Origin: Magallana gigas
Lineage: Eukaryota
Length of the DNA: 64,000 nucleotides
Reading direction: 5' to 3'
Assembly (NCBI RefSeq): GCF_963853765.1
Contig: NC_088861.1
Coordinates: forward strand, 48,980,001-49,044,000
Part shown: piece after piece, positions 62,291-64,000 of the stretch
Layout of the letters: the number at the start of each line of letters is the position of its first letter
How positions within the stretch are numbered: the stretch's first letter is position 1
The notes under the pieces: model-generated
The model's input: only the letters and a program-made list of their open reading frames with translations
Told to the model about the DNA's origin: nothing
Databases searched by the model: none
Program-made: the position numbers and the translations under genes

Positions 62291-62484
62291 AAACACCACT
62301 AGTTTAAAACAGTTTTCAATAGAAAAAATGTATTTATGATATAATTTAATAATTCGTCATCCGGGTCAGCATGTATACATGTACAAATAACAAAAAAATG
62401 CAATAGAATTAAAGCTAAATGACGTTTTAAATCGGTACATGTATTTGTTATTTGCATCCATTTAATAAAATAACCGTGATTTTT

Positions 62485-62485
<1 letters not shown>

Positions 62486-62516
<31 letters not shown>

Positions 62517-63060
62517 CTATTATTCTGAAAAAATTTCAAATTTCTTATTATTTTTTTTTTTCTTCTAGACGCCAACTTTGATCCTTAATATCTCGCTCGT
62601 TTGTTCACCGATGGTTTTGAAATTTTCAGGACTGATAACATGCCGCGTGATGTTGTCGTTGCATATTTTAGTTGAGGAAAATCCCCATTCGGTTTTGAGT
62701 TATTCCCCTTTTAGTAAAATTTAACGACTTCTTTTGTCCAGGGGGGTTTAGCTATAACGATGGCTGACAGAGTCTCAAAGATGGGCTGGTTTGGAAGCTA
62801 ATACATTGAATTTGTGCGAGATATATTTTATTTATTATTTAAATGCAAATAAAAGGGGTGGTATAGATGTTGAAACAAAGGCAAGAAAAAAATTCAAAAA
62901 AATTCGCGTATTTTCCGTGTTAGTTTCCTACCTGATAAAAATTTGTTATAACATGTATTTTAAAAGATCTTGGTCTTACCAAGACCTTTCATTCGGTATA
63001 CAGAAAAAGGGGCTGGCCCCTATAATTAAGGAGTTAGATGCGTCAAAAGTTTCTTGTCAA
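62486..63060. mobile_element. Helentron-like non-autonomous element fragment with terminal hairpin
   Basis: Palindrome TAAGGTCTTCCGT-TTCCA-ACGGAAGACCTTA at 62486-62516, next to a T-run; the far boundary is approximate. Confidence 0.5.
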
Positions 63061-63417
63061 TAACTTGTAAAGGAATAAAAATTTCTAATGCATTATTGAA
63101 GCAAAGTTGTAAAGAAATTAATTTTGAATCCTTCCGTGGTATTCAATTTAATGTTTTCGTAATTTATAGCCAGTATTTGCAGAAACAATTGTTGTCAGTT
63201 CGGTCCATTTTTGTGGGGGTGCGCACGTTTAGGAGGTTATGAAAGGGCTTTTTGTAATGCACTAACTGATACATGCAGCGCGCAAAAATAATTCTACATA
63301 AAATTCCCAAATGTTTTTATTCATATGTACATATTCATTTCATAAAGATGAACGTCTTTGACCTTATTTTTGTTTTTTGTTTCATAACTGTGCCCCTTTC
63401 TATATTTAAATGCATTA

Positions 63418-63602
63418 CGAGACTCAGGTAACCGATCGATAGAAGAGTCGCTAGCTGTATTCAGGCCGTCGCCTTGACGACAGTGCATATGCTTGTAGAG
63501 TTGGACGTACACATGTTTAACGCCCCACTGTGTTACTGTAACAGAGACATTTTGAATTGTTTCAGTACTGGGAGATGTGTTAATTAAATGGTTCGAATGC
63601 AT
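63418..63602 (-). CDS. Candidate upstream coding exon (possibly the first exon of the UBA-RING gene); unassigned
   Basis: GC-elevated open frame MHSNHLINTSPSTETIQNVSVTVTQWGVKHVYVQLYKHMHCRQGDGLNTASDSSIDRLPES ending at a phase-1 C|GTAATG donor candidate; no recognisable domain. Confidence 0.22.
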
Positions 63603-64000
63603 GGTAATTAAACTCAACTTTTCTACAGTACGTATACACGGCCGTCATATAAAGCACAATGTGTATTACTGACATGACAAATGTACGCTGGCAATTTAAA
63701 CGAACGCGGGATTGCTCCCGATAGAACATTTCTTTTAAAGCAAAACAAAATACTGATTTCCGATGGATATAATATTATCATCGTGGAGATGATTTTAAAA
63801 AGTGAACTTAATATTCGTATACGATAATATTTGAATCCAAAGCCGCTATTTTTAAGTAACGGTTATTAGGGAAACATGTATTAATTATGACTTGCCCCGC
63901 GTTTCACGTTTTTTACTTGCAATGCATCTACAAACGAAAATACCAAACAACCTTCGGCAGCAATTTATAAATAATTTATTACATACTAGTACACAATATT

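Overview
AT-rich, intron-rich eukaryotic DNA, not prokaryotic. The repeat content (166-167 bp Cg170-like satellite monomers inside Helentron-type elements, TTAA-flanked Kolobok-like MITEs) points to a Crassostrea/Magallana oyster; this is an inference. From left to right the window holds: (1) the 3' end of a Ty3/Gypsy LTR retrotransposon, whose integrase ORF runs on in frame into two C2H2 zinc fingers and three QT/QC motifs, followed by a 429-bp LTR. (2) A tandem cluster of three + strand type-I membrane receptor genes built from phase-1 symmetric exons: gene A (3' end only), gene B (signal, F-type-lectin-like domain, 11 EGF, TM; about 784 aa) and gene C (signal, F-type-lectin-like domain, 7 EGF, TM; about 595 aa). 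Their cytoplasmic tails differ: acidic with no motif (A), triple YxxL/I (B), YxxM plus YxN (C). An intron of gene B carries a 1-kb minisatellite made of about 35 copies of an exon end plus its splice donor. (3) A minus-strand gene encoding three tandem cIAP-type UBA modules and a C-terminal IAP-type RING, with no BIR domain visible in the window. (4) Many MITEs, Helentron-associated elements, SINEs and mini/microsatellites, and a 3-kb TA-flanked TIR element carrying a non-transposase ORF. All exon models were read by eye from GT/AG sites and reading phase; no database searches were run.
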